Below are positions 62,053 through 64,000 of a DNA stretch of 64,000 bases, in pieces. A model generated the notes under the pieces. That model was not told where the DNA came from and ran no database searches. It was given only the letters and a program-made list of their open reading frames with translations. Numbering within the stretch: the first letter of the stretch is position 1; each line of letters begins with the position of its first letter. Source of the DNA: an uncultured Bacillota bacterium (GTDB lineage Bacteria; Bacillota; DTU025; MWDF01); NCBI GenBank assembly GCA_963823655.1, contig CAWGMK010000010.1:192001-256000 (forward strand), written 5' to 3'. Made by a program: the position numbers and the translations under genes.

Positions 62053-62674
62053 TTAGCCCTTCCACTCGGGCAGCCTGTCCTCTATCAACCTGCAGATATC
62101 GTGGTAGATGCGCTGGTGCTCGGACTGCACGCGTGCCACAGGGCCTTCGCCTGCAGCAATGAGAAGGTTACAGTATCCGGCCAGGCGGCAGTCCTTGCTT
62201 CCGACAAGGCCGATTACTTTCATGCCCTGAGCTTTTGCGGCCAAGGCGGCATAGATGATGTTCTGCGACTCTCCGGAGGTAGAAATGCAAAGCAGGGCAT
62301 CCCTGTCATTGCCGAGGGCGAACACCTGCTGCGCGAAGATCGCATCGGCTCCGATGTCGTTGGCTATTGCGCTGATGACGGCTCCGTCGGCAGCAAGCGA
62401 GATAGCAGGAAGGCCTATATGAAGAAGCTTGGATAGAATAGACGCCTGCTTCACCGCCGACGCTTTCGAGGTTCTCTGTAAGCCGCCTCGTTAACGCCCT
62501 TCTCTTCTCGAAGGATTTAACAAGCTCTCCGGCCATGTGGGATGCGTCGGCGGCGCTGCCGCCGTTGCCGCAAATGAGCAGTTTACCGCCCCTTTTAAAG
62601 CTGCGCTCGATCAGCTCTACTGCTTTGAGCAGGGTCTCTGGTGTCTGCTCGCTGTCCTTTCGGGATTCTTCCAT
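62053..62674 (-). CDS. SIS-domain phosphoheptose isomerase (GmhA-like); frameshift near 62450
   Basis: CGNGGSAADASH, SAIAND, FAQQ, ISTSGES, ARVQSEH. Confidence 0.85.
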
Positions 62675-62720
62675 CTTGTCCTCCGGTTTGATTAATCGAT
62701 CCAACTGAAGCCAGCTCAAG

Positions 62721-63818
62721 CTATCCTAGCGCTAAAGGATGAGCCACATCTATCGGAAAGCCCGCGAAGACCTGCTCACCGACAGAGAATACCCCGTGCT
62801 CTGCCGGGCTTTCTATGACTGCAAGCACCAGGTAGCCGCCCGCCTCGATGTCATATTCCGCCACTGCGCCCATATAGGCCGCCCTTTTCACAGTCCCTTT
62901 GAAACTTGCGAACTTGCTTTCCGCAGGCTGCGACCTCCAAAGCTTTACGGTCTCAGGCCTCACAACCAGGTCATACTCAGTGCCGGATATTGCCGCCAGC
63001 TTTGAGCTGGGCATAAGGCATCTTTCGCCCATGAGCTCAACCTGGGCTTCGGTTCCAATTCGGCTAGTGAGCTTTGCCCTTACGAAGTTGGCCCTTCCTA
63101 CGAACTCTGCCACGAATCTGTCCACCGGCGTGTCATATATCTGCCTTGGGGTGCCTATCTGCGCTATCCGCCCCTGGTTCATGATCACTATCCTGTCTGA
63201 AAGGGCCATCGCCTCGGACTGGTCATGCGTAACGTATATGCTTGTTATGCCCAGGCTCTGCTGTATGCGCCTTATTTCGAAGCGCATCTGCTCCCTGAGC
63301 TTGGCATCCAGGTTGGAAAGAGGCTCGTCGAAGAGGAGAACATCCGGTTCGTTGACGATGGCCCTGGCAAGCGCCACCCTCTGCTGCTGGCCGCCCGAAA
63401 GCTGGTCCGGAGACCTTCTTGCCATCTCCGACAGGCCGACAAGCTCCAGCATCTTGCCCACCTTGGACTCGATGTCGGCCTGGGGCATCCTCTTTATCCT
63501 GAGGCCGAAGGCGACGTTTTCGAATACGCTCAGGTGGGGGAATATCGCGTAGCTTTGGAACACCATGGCGGTGCTTCTTTTATTCGGTGGCCTGTCTGTG
63601 ACGTCATGCCCGTTGATTACTATATTGCCCTCGTCGGGCATCTCGAAGCCCGCTATTATCCTGAGGGTAGTCGTCTTGCCACAGCCGGACGGGCCCAGCA
63701 GCGTGACCATCTCCCCGTCATTAATAACCAGGCTGACATCATTGACCGCAATCACCGAGCTGATCTCGCCCTCCGGGCTTCTGAACCTCTTCGTTACCCT
63801 TTTCAGCTCAACGCTCAT
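62721..63818 (-). CDS. ABC transporter ATPase, FbpC/AfuC/PotA type
   Basis: GPSGCGKTT, VFQSYA, LSGGQQQR, FDEPLSNLD, VTHDQ. Confidence 0.92.
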   Translation of the reverse strand: MSVELKRVTKRFRSPEGEISSVIAVNDVSLVINDGEMVTLLGPSGCGKTTTLRIIAGFEMPDEGNIVINGHDVTDRPPNKRSTAMVFQSYAIFPHLSVFENVAFGLRIKRMPQADIESKVGKMLELVGLSEMARRSPDQLSGGQQQRVALARAIVNEPDVLLFDEPLSNLDAKLREQMRFEIRRIQQSLGITSIYVTHDQSEAMALSDRIVIMNQGRIAQIGTPRQIYDTPVDRFVAEFVGRANFVRAKLTSRIGTEAQVELMGERCLMPSSKLAAISGTEYDLVVRPETVKLWRSQPAESKFASFKGTVKRAAYMGAVAEYDIEAGGYLVLAVIESPAEHGVFSVGEQVFAGFPIDVAHPLALG

Positions 63819-64000
63819 TTAAAATCACCGCCTTGGAACCTGGCCTGATACTTAATGCCAAGCAATTTGTCCACCACTAGCCTGATTACGATCATAGCGG
63901 CCACGATTATGCCGATCAGCACGACGCTGAACGCGGCCGCGGCCCCGAGCCTGCCGGAGTTGACCTGGTTTAGTATCTGCACTGTCATCAGGTTCCAGTC
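63815..64000 (-). CDS. ABC permease C-terminus (FbpB/AfuB type), partial
   Basis: DWNLMTVQILNQVNSGRLGAAAAFSVVLI...; stop overlaps the ATPase start. Confidence 0.75.
   Translation of the reverse strand, partial: DWNLMTVQILNQVNSGRLGAAAAFSVVLIGIIVAAMIVIRLVVDKLLGIKYQARFQGGDFK

Noticed and set aside
1-64000. CRISPR arrays, tRNA/rRNA, IS elements, integrases, prophage or defence genes
   Set aside because: No spaced direct repeats, RNA-gene signatures or such protein motifs were seen by eye

Overview
A gene-dense, fairly GC-rich chromosomal window from an anaerobic, amino-acid-degrading bacterium. It looks Bacillota-like (GGAGG ribosome-binding sites, tilS-ftsH order, extended -10 and SigH-like promoters). 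It encodes glycine cleavage (gcvT-gcvH-gcvPA, divergent lpdA), tilS, ftsH, a five-gene sarcosine-oxidase/proline-dehydrogenase-like flavoprotein cluster, a CbrA-like reductase, a LysE/nucleotidyltransferase/MATE islet and a split UxaA-family dehydratase. Also present: methylmalonyl-CoA mutase/MeaB/epimerase, an [FeFe]-hydrogenase, a folate-pantothenate-BirA operon, a Na+-pumping methylmalonyl-CoA decarboxylase with a second OadB-type subunit, threonine aldolase, and secreted peptidases/GGT. I found no rRNA, tRNA, CRISPR array, IS or prophage. About two dozen single-base frameshifts break otherwise intact genes, including essential ones, so they are most likely long-read assembly errors. Best leads: (1) a duplicated MFS + GNAT unit whose three GNATs resemble the bacterial ceramide synthase/YghO family; (2) a ~1,460-aa secreted protein of tandem ~52-aa beta repeats beside a lipoprotein and a beta-barrel-like protein; (3) a pan-motif-like hairpin with a visible terminator/antiterminator switch upstream of panG-panB-panC. 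All family assignments come from motif recognition by eye; no database searches were run.
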